From Treponematales bacterium (GTDB lineage Bacteria > Spirochaetota > Spirochaetia > Treponematales > JBGSOB01), in assembly GCA_041739325.1 (NCBI GenBank), contig JBGSOB010000112.1, positions 5,597-69,596 on the forward strand: 64,000 nt of DNA. Reading direction: 5' to 3'. The position numbers and the translations under genes are program-made. Positions 16,299 to 25,246 of this stretch are shown one piece after another. The notes under the pieces are model-generated. The model searched no databases. It was not told where the DNA came from and saw nothing but the letters and a program-made list of their open reading frames with translations. Numbering within the stretch: the stretch's first letter is position 1; the number at the start of each line of letters is the position of its first letter.

Positions 16299-17148
16299 CC
16301 GCATGAATATAACCATCGTCGGCCTGGGGCTTATCGGCGGCTCGATGGCCTATGCCCTGCGCCGCTGCGGCGCGCAAGCCCTTTGGGGGGTGGACCTCAA
16401 CTCCGATACCCTTCTTTTTGCGGAGGCGGCCCGCGCTATAGACAAAGGCTTTGATGAGGCGGCCGAGCCCCTCTCCCAGTCAGATCTTGTAATTCTCTGC
16501 CTTCATCCCCGGGATCTTGCCCCCTCTATTTCGGCCAACGCAAAAAGTTTTAAGCAAGGCTGTCTTATCACCGACACTGCCGGGGTCAGACGCGGCATCA
16601 ATCAGTCCGTGCGCTCCGTCCTTCCCCCCGGTTTGCGCTTTGTGGGCGGCCATCCTATGGCCGGAAAGGAAGACCAAGGTTTTAAAAACGCCGACGCCGA
16701 CATCTTTCGCGGCGCAAGCTATCTGATTACCCCGGACGAGGCGGCACAAAGGGCAGACATTGACGAGGTAGCCGATTTAGCAAGGCTCTTGGGTTGTGAG
16801 CGCGTTAAAGAAACGGATGAGCTCACCCATGATCGCTTAATCGCTTATACCAGCCACCTTCCCCACCTTATGGCGGCCGCCTTGGTGCGCAATCCCATGA
16901 TAGAGCAGTCGCGCGGCTTTGCCGGCGGCAGTTTTAGGGACGCCACCCGAGTGGCGCGCATCAATGCCGAACTTTGGTCTGATCTCTTCATCGGCAACGC
17001 GGATCTGCTTCTGCCCGCCTTGCGCACCTTCGAGGAAGAGCTTTCAAAATTGCGCCAAGCCATTGAAGCCAAGGACGAGAGCGGTTTACGCGAACTTCTG
17101 CGACAAGCGCGCGTTCTCAATGAGAGTAAACTCATCCCCAAACCCTGA
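16288..17148 (+). CDS. tyrA: Prephenate dehydrogenase
   Basis: GGTTGGAGG precedes the ATG at 16288. Motifs are the Rossmann ITIVGLGLIGGS, GGHPMAG, and HDRLIAYTSHLPH. Confidence 0.8.
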   Translation: MRVDRMNITIVGLGLIGGSMAYALRRCGAQALWGVDLNSDTLLFAEAARAIDKGFDEAAEPLSQSDLVILCLHPRDLAPSISANAKSFKQGCLITDTAGVRRGINQSVRSVLPPGLRFVGGHPMAGKEDQGFKNADADIFRGASYLITPDEAAQRADIDEVADLARLLGCERVKETDELTHDRLIAYTSHLPHLMAAALVRNPMIEQSRGFAGGSFRDATRVARINAELWSDLFIGNADLLLPALRTFEEELSKLRQAIEAKDESGLRELLRQARVLNESKLIPKP

Positions 17149-17163
17149 TACGAGGAGACGATC

Positions 17164-17895
17164 ATGAAAGACTGGAAAGCGGCGATCATTTATAGTTTGG
17201 GAATCGTGCTGGCGGCCGGAATCGTCTGCCTCACTTTTTTCAACCGCGGCAAGGCGGACGACGTGATCAACGTCACCGGCTTGGGCCGGATGGATTTCAG
17301 CTCCGACCAGATTGTCTGGGAGGCGGAGTTTTCTGAAGAGGACCTGGATCTGGGTAGGGCCTACGATAAGCTTAACGTGTCCAAGGCAAAGGTTTTGGTT
17401 TATCTTAAGGATAATGGGGTGAGTCAACCCGAGCTCAAGATGGAGCCCATAAGCATAAGCAAACTCTACCGGCAACAGAGAAATTCCGATGGCGACATAG
17501 TGGCCGAGATATTTGCCGGACATCGCCTAACTCAGGAGTTTAGCTTGGATTCAACGGATGTTGATAAGGTTGAAAAGATATCGCGGGAGATAAGCAGTCT
17601 GATCAAACAGGGCGTTGCCATTGAGTCTTCAAGCCCGGATTATTTTTATACCGCCCTCTCAGATCTCAAGCTGCAACTGATCGCCTTGGCCACCCAAGAC
17701 GCAAAGGTCCGCGCCAAGGCGATAGCGCTTAACTCCGGGGCCGGTTTGGGCAAGTTGCGCTATGCCAATATGGGCGTCTTTCAGATCATCGGTTTGAACG
17801 AATCCCCGGAGGCAAGTTGGGAGGGGAGTTTTGACACCAAGAGCAAGCTAAAGACGGCAAGCATAACAGTGCGGGCGCAGTTCGAATCCAAATAA
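17164..17895 (+). CDS. SIMPL/DUF541-like membrane-anchored periplasmic protein
   Basis: GAGGAG precedes the ATG. There is an N-terminal anchor (IIYSLGIVLAAGIVCLTFF). Size and the C-terminal ASITVRAQFE are consistent with SIMPL-family proteins as I remember them. Confidence 0.5.
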   Translation: MKDWKAAIIYSLGIVLAAGIVCLTFFNRGKADDVINVTGLGRMDFSSDQIVWEAEFSEEDLDLGRAYDKLNVSKAKVLVYLKDNGVSQPELKMEPISISKLYRQQRNSDGDIVAEIFAGHRLTQEFSLDSTDVDKVEKISREISSLIKQGVAIESSSPDYFYTALSDLKLQLIALATQDAKVRAKAIALNSGAGLGKLRYANMGVFQIIGLNESPEASWEGSFDTKSKLKTASITVRAQFESK

Positions 17896-17908
17896 GGCGG
17901 GATAAAAG

Positions 17909-19390
17909 ATGGCAGACATATTCGACGATATTTTTTTTGTGGACGATTCCGGCAAGCGTCGCTACCGGAGCCTCATAAACGGCTGCTGGACCTGCTTGGT
18001 AAGCGAGAGCTTTTTTCCGGTAAGCGACCCCGCTAATGGCGAAATTTTCGCCTATGTTCCCGATTGCTCTTTGGAAGATGTCAAAGGCGCCATCCGCGCG
18101 GCCAAGGGCTTTCACGAGATGCGGCACATTCCGCCCCTAGAGCGCCTTGAGATTCTGGAGCGGGCAGGAAAGCTTGTCTTGGAACATGGGGAAACCCTGG
18201 CCGCCATCATCACGCGAGAATCCGGCAAGCCTATCTCGATAGCCCGCGGCGAGGTAAAGGCGACAGCCGAGCGGCTCAAACTCGTCATGGAAGAGGTTCG
18301 CGTCCTCTACGGCGAATACCTTCCCGGCGAGTGGTGCGAGGACACGAAAAATAAATTTGCCATCGTTTTACGCAAGCCCCTGGGCCTGGTGGCCGCGATA
18401 TCCCCCTTTAACTATCCCCTCTTCATAGCAGCGGCAAAGATCATTCCCGCCATTTTAGCCGGCAATACCGTGATCGCCAAACCGGCAAGCGACACGCCAC
18501 TCTCCCTTCTCTACTTTGTGAGGATATTGGAAGTCGCCGGAGTTCCGGCCGGAGCCATCAACCTCATCACCGGCCGCGGCTCCTCCGTCGGCGACGCCAT
18601 CGTCTCTGACCCGGATGTGGACGCGGTAAGTTTTACCGGTTCTACCGGGGTCGGCGAGCATATAGCCGCCATCGCCGGCATAAAAAAGCTCCACCTGGAA
18701 CTTGGCGGCAAGGCATCCGCCATCGTCTTGGAGGACGCGGACCTTGATTTAGCCGCCGCCCAGGTATGTCGCGGCGCCTTTAGGAATTCTGGCCAGCGCT
18801 GCGACGCGGTAAGCCGGGTATTGGTGGTTGAATCCGTTCGAGAGATCTTTACCGCCAAGGTGGTGGCGGAGGCTCGCAAGTACACAGTCGGCGCGCCTTC
18901 AGACCCCGCCACTCAATTAGGCACTGTCATCAACGAAAAGGCGCGGCAACGCATTCAAGCCCTGCTTGACGACGCGCTTGCCCAGGGAGCCACGCTTTTA
19001 GTAGGCGGCGGCTGTAAGGGTCTCTTTTTCGAGGCAACCGTGCTTGGGAATGTAAGCCCCCAGATGCGCATAGCCGTTGAGGAAATATTCGGCCCCATCC
19101 TGCCCATCATTTCCGTCAAAGACGCGCGCGCGGCGGTGGAGCTTTCCAACTCTTCGGAGTATGGATTGGATTCCTGCCTCTTTACCCGCGATATAGACCA
19201 AGCCTTGGGCATAGCCCGAGAATTGGAGGACGGAGCCGTTACCGTCAACGCGGCCCCGGCTCATGGCGTGGGGCATTTCCCCTTTGGCGGTAATAAGAAG
19301 TCTGGATTGGGCCGCGAAGGCATTAAGTACTCCATAGACGAGCTTACCAAGCTCCACACCATTATAATAACGGAAAGGGAGCGTCCCTAG
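17909..19390 (+). CDS. NAD(P)-dependent aldehyde dehydrogenase (GapN-like non-phosphorylating type)
   Basis: ALDH-superfamily motifs are present: FNYPL, KPASDTP, LELGGKA (catalytic Glu) and FRNSGQRCDA (catalytic Cys). The length is 493 aa. Confidence 0.75.
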   Translation: MADIFDDIFFVDDSGKRRYRSLINGCWTCLVSESFFPVSDPANGEIFAYVPDCSLEDVKGAIRAAKGFHEMRHIPPLERLEILERAGKLVLEHGETLAAIITRESGKPISIARGEVKATAERLKLVMEEVRVLYGEYLPGEWCEDTKNKFAIVLRKPLGLVAAISPFNYPLFIAAAKIIPAILAGNTVIAKPASDTPLSLLYFVRILEVAGVPAGAINLITGRGSSVGDAIVSDPDVDAVSFTGSTGVGEHIAAIAGIKKLHLELGGKASAIVLEDADLDLAAAQVCRGAFRNSGQRCDAVSRVLVVESVREIFTAKVVAEARKYTVGAPSDPATQLGTVINEKARQRIQALLDDALAQGATLLVGGGCKGLFFEATVLGNVSPQMRIAVEEIFGPILPIISVKDARAAVELSNSSEYGLDSCLFTRDIDQALGIARELEDGAVTVNAAPAHGVGHFPFGGNKKSGLGREGIKYSIDELTKLHTIIITERERP

Positions 19391-19440
19391 GCCTGGAAAA
19401 TCGCTGATGCGGGGTTTAGACTTAGGGCTAAGAGGTGTAC

Positions 19441-20814
19441 ATGAAATTAACCCTTCGCCTTTACGTCGCCCTGGCTCTTTGCCTGACGGCGACCGCCTTA
19501 GCCCAGGGCGGTCGCAAAACGGTAACAGTATCCAGCGTGGATCAATTGCTTCGGGCAATAGGCCCGAATGTGGAGATTGTCCTCAAGCCCGGCATCTTCA
19601 ATCTTGCCAAGAGCCAGATCAAAGCCAGCAAATATATCGCTTGGCGTAACACGTATTCAGGCAAAGAGCTGACAATCAAAGGACTAAGCAATCTCCTCTT
19701 ACGCGGCCAGGACACTGAAGCCGCGTCCCTCCTTCAGAATGAGGATGCGGATGCCTTTGTGATAGTTTTCCAAGATTGTAAGTCGGTGGAGCTTCGTAAC
19801 CTCAACATGGACCATGGCGAGATTGGCGCCTGCGCCTCCGGCGTGGCCATGCTCAAGGATTGCCAAGATTTTAACATAGTCGACTGCTATCTTGCCGGCT
19901 CCGGCTCAGTGGGCTTAAGCGCTATCGGTGGGCAGGGAATAGGCATGCGCGGCACAACCATTGCCGATTGCTCAAGCGGGGCCGTCAGTCTTGATTCCTG
20001 CCTAGATTTTTCCACCCAAGACTGTTTGCTTACGCGCAACGCGAGTTTTCCACTTATTGAGCTTTCAGGCGCCAGTGGGGTAGAATTCAATTCAACCCAG
20101 TTGTCAGCCAATTACGGAGACGTCGTGGTGGCTTCCACTACAGGCGACGCGTCTGCGCTCAGCTTTAGGGACTGTCTTTTTTCCGAGAATGAGATTGAGG
20201 ATTGGTGCCGGGATGAAGGCAAGCCGGTCATTATCGATTCTGTCTTTGAGGAAAATGCCTTTAACCCGGAAGAAGACGGCGACGATTCTTGGGATAATCC
20301 AGAAGCGGATTGGGATGAAGGGCTCTCAGGCTCTATGCCCGCTTATTATATTCACGAAGATTCCGGACTGGCCTTCCTTTACCCGAATTCTTGGAACCTT
20401 GATGATGATGAGGGAAGACTGATGGCCCTTTCGGACGCGGAGGAAGCCGGATTCTTTTTCTTTGGTTTGGGCTCCTCTGCTAAGGGGATGGTGTTTGAAA
20501 AGACGCCGGATAAGGTTTTTGACCAAGGCATGAGAGCTTTTATCTTAGGTCTGATAAAGGAACTAGATTTCGAAGCGGAAATCGTGGCTGTAGGGACGAC
20601 TGCTGGACTGGATTACATACCCTATCGGGATTATGCCGGGCATATAGAATCCCTCGAAGGGGATGTCGTCTACGCGGTGCGGCTCAGGATTTTCTACGCT
20701 GAGAAAAAACTCTGGGCTCTCTGTCTTTTTGCAGAGCACCCTGCGCAGATAGAGCCCGGTACGGAAGCTGACATCATCATGCAGACGGTTGATTTCGCGC
20801 CGCGGGCTGACTAG
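19441..20814 (+). CDS. Secreted parallel beta-helix repeat protein with acidic linker and C-terminal alpha/beta domain
   Basis: AAGAGG precedes the ATG at 19441, which gives signal peptide MKLTLRLYVALALCLTATALA. Repeated short turns (DC.S.ELRN, DCQDFNIVDC, IADCSSGAVSLDSC, TQDCLLTRN) are typical of right-handed beta-helices. An acidic stretch (EEDGDDSWDNPEADWDE) follows. Confidence 0.55.
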   Translation: MKLTLRLYVALALCLTATALAQGGRKTVTVSSVDQLLRAIGPNVEIVLKPGIFNLAKSQIKASKYIAWRNTYSGKELTIKGLSNLLLRGQDTEAASLLQNEDADAFVIVFQDCKSVELRNLNMDHGEIGACASGVAMLKDCQDFNIVDCYLAGSGSVGLSAIGGQGIGMRGTTIADCSSGAVSLDSCLDFSTQDCLLTRNASFPLIELSGASGVEFNSTQLSANYGDVVVASTTGDASALSFRDCLFSENEIEDWCRDEGKPVIIDSVFEENAFNPEEDGDDSWDNPEADWDEGLSGSMPAYYIHEDSGLAFLYPNSWNLDDDEGRLMALSDAEEAGFFFFGLGSSAKGMVFEKTPDKVFDQGMRAFILGLIKELDFEAEIVAVGTTAGLDYIPYRDYAGHIESLEGDVVYAVRLRIFYAEKKLWALCLFAEHPAQIEPGTEADIIMQTVDFAPRAD

Positions 20815-20819
20815 CCTAA

Positions 20820-22415
20820 CTACCTAAAACGCCATCCGAAACGGATCCCGCTTCGGATGGCGTGATAGCTGAGGTTGGAATAAAAAAGATTGAGGTACTC
20901 GCCAAAGGCCTCAATCACCGGACCTTGCTTGAGTTCGAGAGAGAGCGAGGCCCCCGCGTTTAAAGAAAAATCCTGTGAGTGTTCGACAACGGGCTCGGTG
21001 AGAAATAGACTGCTCTTTCGTATCCAATTGAAGGTTGTTCCCAAGCCTGTGTAGGCGGCTATCTGCAAGGGGGTGCGGAATCTCGAACGCATGATGATCT
21101 TGCCGTTTAAGTCGATCAAGCTCAGTTGGGCTTGGATGGGTGCGGGTCTCCCCGTAAAGTCGCTGAAACTTGCGCCCAATTCTAAGGCAATCAAGTTGAA
21201 TACCGGCATCGTATGTAAAAAGCCGTTTCCAATGTCGGCCTGGAAGGCTATCTGTGTGCCGACAACCGAAGCTGCAAAGGCATTATCAAAGTCGGCGAGG
21301 GTGATGACGAAGGGATAGCCAATAAAAAGGCTGATGCCGCCTGATCCGCCCACTGGCACGCGCAAACGCTTTTCCACTATTTTCTCAACAGGAACTTCAA
21401 CGATCGTCTCTACGGGAACCTCAACGATTTTCTCAACGATCTTTTCTACGGGAACCTCAACCTGCTTTTCTGTGACCCTGTCCACCGGGACTTCGACAAT
21501 TCTTTCCACGATCCTGTCTACGGGCACTTCCACTATTTTTTCTACTATCCTATCTACGGGAACTTCGACGATTCGTTCAACGATTTTTTCAACAACCGTT
21601 TCCGAACCGGCTCGTTCGACGGGAACCTCGACGATACGATCTACCGGTACTTCGACTATGCGGTCAACGGGAACTTCAACGATACGATCGACCGGTACTT
21701 CAACGATACGGTCTACCGGTACCTCGACTATTCGTTCCACTATTTTTTCAACGGGAACCTCCACGATTCGCTCGACTATCCTTTCCCCGCTGGAGGCGCT
21801 TGCTTCCCCGCTAGCTATTTTGGCGAGGGCCTCGCTTTCTTTCCAGACACGAACGCTCCCTGGGGCAAAGGCTTCTTTACCCGGGGGGTTGCTCACCTTG
21901 AGCCGGTATTCTCCCGGGGCTAGGGAAGAAAGGTCAAAGACCGCGCTTATTTTATTTCCACTTTGGCTGAGGATGGATCCGGAGGCCTTACCGTTTTCAC
22001 TTTCCAGACTGAGGAGGGTGTAAGGCATAAAACCCGAACCGGACACGCTTAATACCTGGTCCTTCTTTCCGGCTATCAGGGTCTCTGCAGAGATGGATTG
22101 CGGTACCGGGAGGATTGAACGCATGATGGAAAGCTTTGACCAGGGTGATACGCTTGCAGGCTTTAAGAACTTATTGAGGGTGGTAATGCGCACTTCGTAC
22201 TCCCCTGGAGGGAGGCTGATGTCAAAACTCGTGGTTTCCAGGGTCTTGTTGAGAATGGAGTCCCCTAAACCGTTGCGTACCTCAAGAATGTAGGCCTTTG
22301 CGCCAGGAACGCTCTTCCATTGGAGTTTGCGTTGTGTCAAAGCCTCGTCTTGGGCGTTGGCTAGGGCTCCTAGGCTGAGGAAAAAAAGTGCGGCGAGAGC
22401 TAATATTCTCTTCAT
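20820..22415 (-). CDS. Exported repeat protein with C-terminal outer-membrane beta-barrel-like domain
   Basis: The ATG at 22415 gives signal peptide MKRILALAALFFLSLGALANA. Two Ig/FN3-like modules follow (W..VPGAKAYILEV; GEYRLKVSNPPG), then a VEVPV repeat tract. The C-terminal 190 aa have alternating hydrophobic strands and end in ...GIRFGWRFR. Confidence 0.6.
   Translation of the reverse strand: MKRILALAALFFLSLGALANAQDEALTQRKLQWKSVPGAKAYILEVRNGLGDSILNKTLETTSFDISLPPGEYEVRITTLNKFLKPASVSPWSKLSIMRSILPVPQSISAETLIAGKKDQVLSVSGSGFMPYTLLSLESENGKASGSILSQSGNKISAVFDLSSLAPGEYRLKVSNPPGKEAFAPGSVRVWKESEALAKIASGEASASSGERIVERIVEVPVEKIVERIVEVPVDRIVEVPVDRIVEVPVDRIVEVPVDRIVEVPVERAGSETVVEKIVERIVEVPVDRIVEKIVEVPVDRIVERIVEVPVDRVTEKQVEVPVEKIVEKIVEVPVETIVEVPVEKIVEKRLRVPVGGSGGISLFIGYPFVITLADFDNAFAASVVGTQIAFQADIGNGFLHTMPVFNLIALELGASFSDFTGRPAPIQAQLSLIDLNGKIIMRSRFRTPLQIAAYTGLGTTFNWIRKSSLFLTEPVVEHSQDFSLNAGASLSLELKQGPVIEAFGEYLNLFYSNLSYHAIRSGIRFGWRFR
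21351..21785 (-). repeat. In-frame tandem repeat tract encoding about 12 copies of (I)VE(R/K)IVEVPV(D/E)(R/K)
   Basis: Read directly from the sequence: ERIVEVPVEK IVERIVEVPVDR IVEVPVDR (x3) IVEVPVER ... IVERIVEVPVDR IVEKIVEVPVDR IVERIVEVPVDR ... IVEKIVEVPVET IVEVPVEK. The units are 8 or 12 codons. Codons differ between copies (for example atc gtt gaa gta ccg gtc gat cgt versus ata gtc gaa gta ccg gta gat cgt). Confidence 0.9.
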
Positions 22416-22459
22416 CGTAGTTAAGTATACAACCATTTCAGCCATTTTTCCGCCCCTGT

Positions 22460-25234
22460 TTAGGGTAAATAAATCGTATCCGGGGAGAGGAATTCAGAGG
22501 CGCTCCCGTCCTGGCTGAGGCGGATGGAGAAATCCACCGTGGTCGTGGCCGATCGCCTTTCTACCGCCCCAGCGGAATCTACGCTTACCGCCTGAAGGCT
22601 GAAGGCAAACCCGCCTATATCTAGTTTGGGTAGATCCGAGAATTCCCAGCGTGTCCCACGGAAGCTTTCGAGTGCCGCAACAACCGCACCGCTTTTTCTC
22701 GATACCAGTTTAATGGAATAGTAGCTGGCCTCGGGAACGGCCTTCCATCCAAAGACGATTGAGTCGCGGATGGACATGTCAATGCTCTCCCCTGAGCGGG
22801 GTTGGTTTACTTGTGGCGTAGCTAGGGGCGGGGCGCGCTTCACCTCAAACTGCCGTACCGTGGAAGAATAGCTTTTCCCATCTTCCGCCGTTCCCGACAC
22901 TACCCAATAGTATGATCCCGGCTCCAGCCTGCGCAATTTCGTTTGATTGCCCTCGACCGTGGTTTCACTCATTATCTGCCGGAAGCCCGGGTCTTTCGCC
23001 AAGATAAGCCTGACTTGGTTAAGCGGCGTTTCAGCTTTCCAGCTGAGGTTGAGCCCGGAACGTTTTATTTCAAGCTCATCGATTTGAGCGTCATTCGGCG
23101 GTTCCAGCAATTCAGGCGGTTTTGTCCTTACCATACGGGCAAGTGAGAATTCACCTATGGCCTTGGGAGAACTGCGGCTGCCTGAGCGTCCGGAGGCCTG
23201 GGAAGAGAGCTCTAATCGATAGGCGCCGACACCAAGCCTGCTTAGGTCTTCCATTTTATAGCCTGGGCTTGAGAGGCCTGATTTTTCCAGGATGAGGTTC
23301 CCCTGCGCATCCAGTAGCCTGAGGGAATAGCTTTGGGCGCCTTCGCTGGCAATCCACGCGAATTCCAAGGCGGGCGCATTGACGAGTTCGATGGCGCTGC
23401 CGGGTTTGGGTTGGCTGAGCGCCGGCGGACTCAGCGGTTTTAGGATTTCCAGTTTTCTGCTTGCGCTCGAGCTAAGCGCCATGCCCTTGGCGTCAAGGGC
23501 GGAGACGCGCCAATAGTAGATGCCAGGCGTATCCATGCGGTAATCGCTTGTATAGGATGCGGTTTCCTTGAACGATGGGGATGAGAAGCTTTGATTGCTG
23601 GAAATTTCCAACCTGAAGGGCTGGGCGCTGTCGCATTCCCAGGCAAAGCGTAGGGCGCTCGCGGCATCTTGTTCAGCCCCATCCTCGGGGCTTGAAAGGC
23701 TAATCTGCGGAAGCTTGTCGCTAATAATAAAGGATCTCATGGCTGAAGGCGGACCACTACTGCCATCGGCGGCGAGCGAATGAATCTGCCAGAGGTAGTC
23801 GCCTGCTTTGAGGCCCGTGCTGACGACGATGGATGTAGATGGACTGTCAAGGCGTAGCGCGGGGCTATCTTGGTTCCCCTTGCTGAATATCACCAAGGTT
23901 GAGCTAGCCGTCTCCGGCCCGAATTTCCAGGCGAAACGGATGCCGCTTTCCTTGAATGCCTTTTCGTAGATAAGCTCACCATCAAGGGGAAGAACCGCTT
24001 CGGCCGCTTGCAGTTCTGCTACTCTGACCATGCTAAAACCCATGACCGTTGAAGCTATGGAATTGCTCGATCCACCAACGGTGAATACGGGCTTAACCCG
24101 CCACCAATAGCTTCCCTCCGCTAAACCTTCTATATTGAGGCTTTCATAGCTAGAGACTTGGCTTTGAACGACGCGTTCGAATTCCTTGCTGTCTGAAATC
24201 TCCAGAATATAGGAGGATGCCAGCTCGACCGGGCGCCACGAAAAACGGATGGAAGGCGTTTGCGTGCGGTAACTGAACTGACGGCCATCGGTCGGCGTGA
24301 GGCCGCGTGGCGCTTGCTGAAGGATAAGATGAAAGCGTATAGGCTCCGAAATGGCGCCTGACGCGCCAGACTCGCCCCCTGGGCCGACTCTGGCAAACCA
24401 GGTTCCCGCCTTTAAATTGAGGCGGGCGCTTTTATCCCTTACCAGTGTTGAGGCGGCGATTGCTGCGAAATTGGCGCTCGATGAAACTTCGAGGAGGAAA
24501 TCTTGCGTCGGTTCTTCGGAGCGCCAGGCAAAATCAACTGGGCCTTCATCGGTAAAGAGGATCCTGCGCTCCTCACGCGCGGGAGATGTTAATTGAATGG
24601 GAATTGCGGCCACGCTGGCGGTTTTAGCCCCAGGAAGAACCTCGGCTTTTTGGTTTTCCCGAATCTCCTGTTTTTTGCCCTCAACCGCCAATTCCACGCT
24701 ACCTTGGGTAACCGTAAGGTCAAGCTTTCCCTTTTCCGATACCCCGAGGCTCGCTTGCCCCTTGCCTAAGGAAATCTTGGAGCCAAGGGCGCTGATAGTC
24801 ATCGGCTCCGCTTTAGTCATGCTCGCGTCGCTACCCAGCGCCTGCGCGGTTTCGGTTCCGCTTGTGTGTATATTTCCGTAGAGGAATTCGATATTGCGCT
24901 TTTGGCTGTCGTAATCCAAAAGAATCAGTGTGTTTTCGTCCAAAAGGATCTCGGCGCCATTGTTGAGCTTGAGGATGGCGCTGGAGCCGGAAGCGGTGCG
25001 GATCGAATCGCGAGAATAGAGGGATGCGTTTACGCCAACGCTTTCCCAAACCGCCCTATCTGAGTACTTGCGTTGCGCGACCTTGTTTTTGTAGGTTATG
25101 GAGCCGATGATTTCCGCCCCTGACGGTTTTACCGAATCGGTAACACCCTTCCAGAAAAGCCAACCTGAGCCTGAGAAAAGGCTGGCGCAGATGAGGACGG
25201 CTAAAATATCCAAAGGGCCATTGCTCCTTCTCAT
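22460..25234 (-). CDS. Membrane-anchored FecR-domain protein with about seven FN3/Ig-like repeat modules
   Basis: There is an N-terminal anchor (LDILAVLICASLFSGSGWLFW). A FecR-like segment follows (GSITYKNKVAQRKYSDRAVWESV...SIRTASGSSAILKLNNGAEILLDENTLILL). Then come repeated modules marked by (F/L).W.......Y.LE.S....F and YYWRV/YWWRV. Confidence 0.65.
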   Translation of the reverse strand: MRRSNGPLDILAVLICASLFSGSGWLFWKGVTDSVKPSGAEIIGSITYKNKVAQRKYSDRAVWESVGVNASLYSRDSIRTASGSSAILKLNNGAEILLDENTLILLDYDSQKRNIEFLYGNIHTSGTETAQALGSDASMTKAEPMTISALGSKISLGKGQASLGVSEKGKLDLTVTQGSVELAVEGKKQEIRENQKAEVLPGAKTASVAAIPIQLTSPAREERRILFTDEGPVDFAWRSEEPTQDFLLEVSSSANFAAIAASTLVRDKSARLNLKAGTWFARVGPGGESGASGAISEPIRFHLILQQAPRGLTPTDGRQFSYRTQTPSIRFSWRPVELASSYILEISDSKEFERVVQSQVSSYESLNIEGLAEGSYWWRVKPVFTVGGSSNSIASTVMGFSMVRVAELQAAEAVLPLDGELIYEKAFKESGIRFAWKFGPETASSTLVIFSKGNQDSPALRLDSPSTSIVVSTGLKAGDYLWQIHSLAADGSSGPPSAMRSFIISDKLPQISLSSPEDGAEQDAASALRFAWECDSAQPFRLEISSNQSFSSPSFKETASYTSDYRMDTPGIYYWRVSALDAKGMALSSSASRKLEILKPLSPPALSQPKPGSAIELVNAPALEFAWIASEGAQSYSLRLLDAQGNLILEKSGLSSPGYKMEDLSRLGVGAYRLELSSQASGRSGSRSSPKAIGEFSLARMVRTKPPELLEPPNDAQIDELEIKRSGLNLSWKAETPLNQVRLILAKDPGFRQIMSETTVEGNQTKLRRLEPGSYYWVVSGTAEDGKSYSSTVRQFEVKRAPPLATPQVNQPRSGESIDMSIRDSIVFGWKAVPEASYYSIKLVSRKSGAVVAALESFRGTRWEFSDLPKLDIGGFAFSLQAVSVDSAGAVERRSATTTVDFSIRLSQDGSASEFLSPDTIYLP

Positions 25235-25246
25235 GGCATTGGCGCT

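Noticed and set aside
17930-17938. The T8 homopolymer in codons 8-10 of the aldehyde dehydrogenase gene as a phase-variation switch
   Set aside because: The run is short, encodes a sensible I-F-F, and the gene is metabolic. Nothing supports slipped-strand regulation.
21351-21785. A possible CRISPR array, because of regularly spaced short repeats
   Set aside because: The units are 24/36 nt, contiguous, without unique spacers, in frame within a long ORF, and vary at synonymous positions. No cas genes are present in the window.
21334-22023. A 229-aa plus-strand ORF with a striking STGTSTI/STIFSTG repeat
   Set aside because: It is the antisense reading of the VEVPVDRI repeat tract. The minus-strand ORF has a signal peptide, Ig-like modules and a barrel-like C-terminus and explains the periodicity. 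The plus-strand ORF has no start context and is a mirror artefact.
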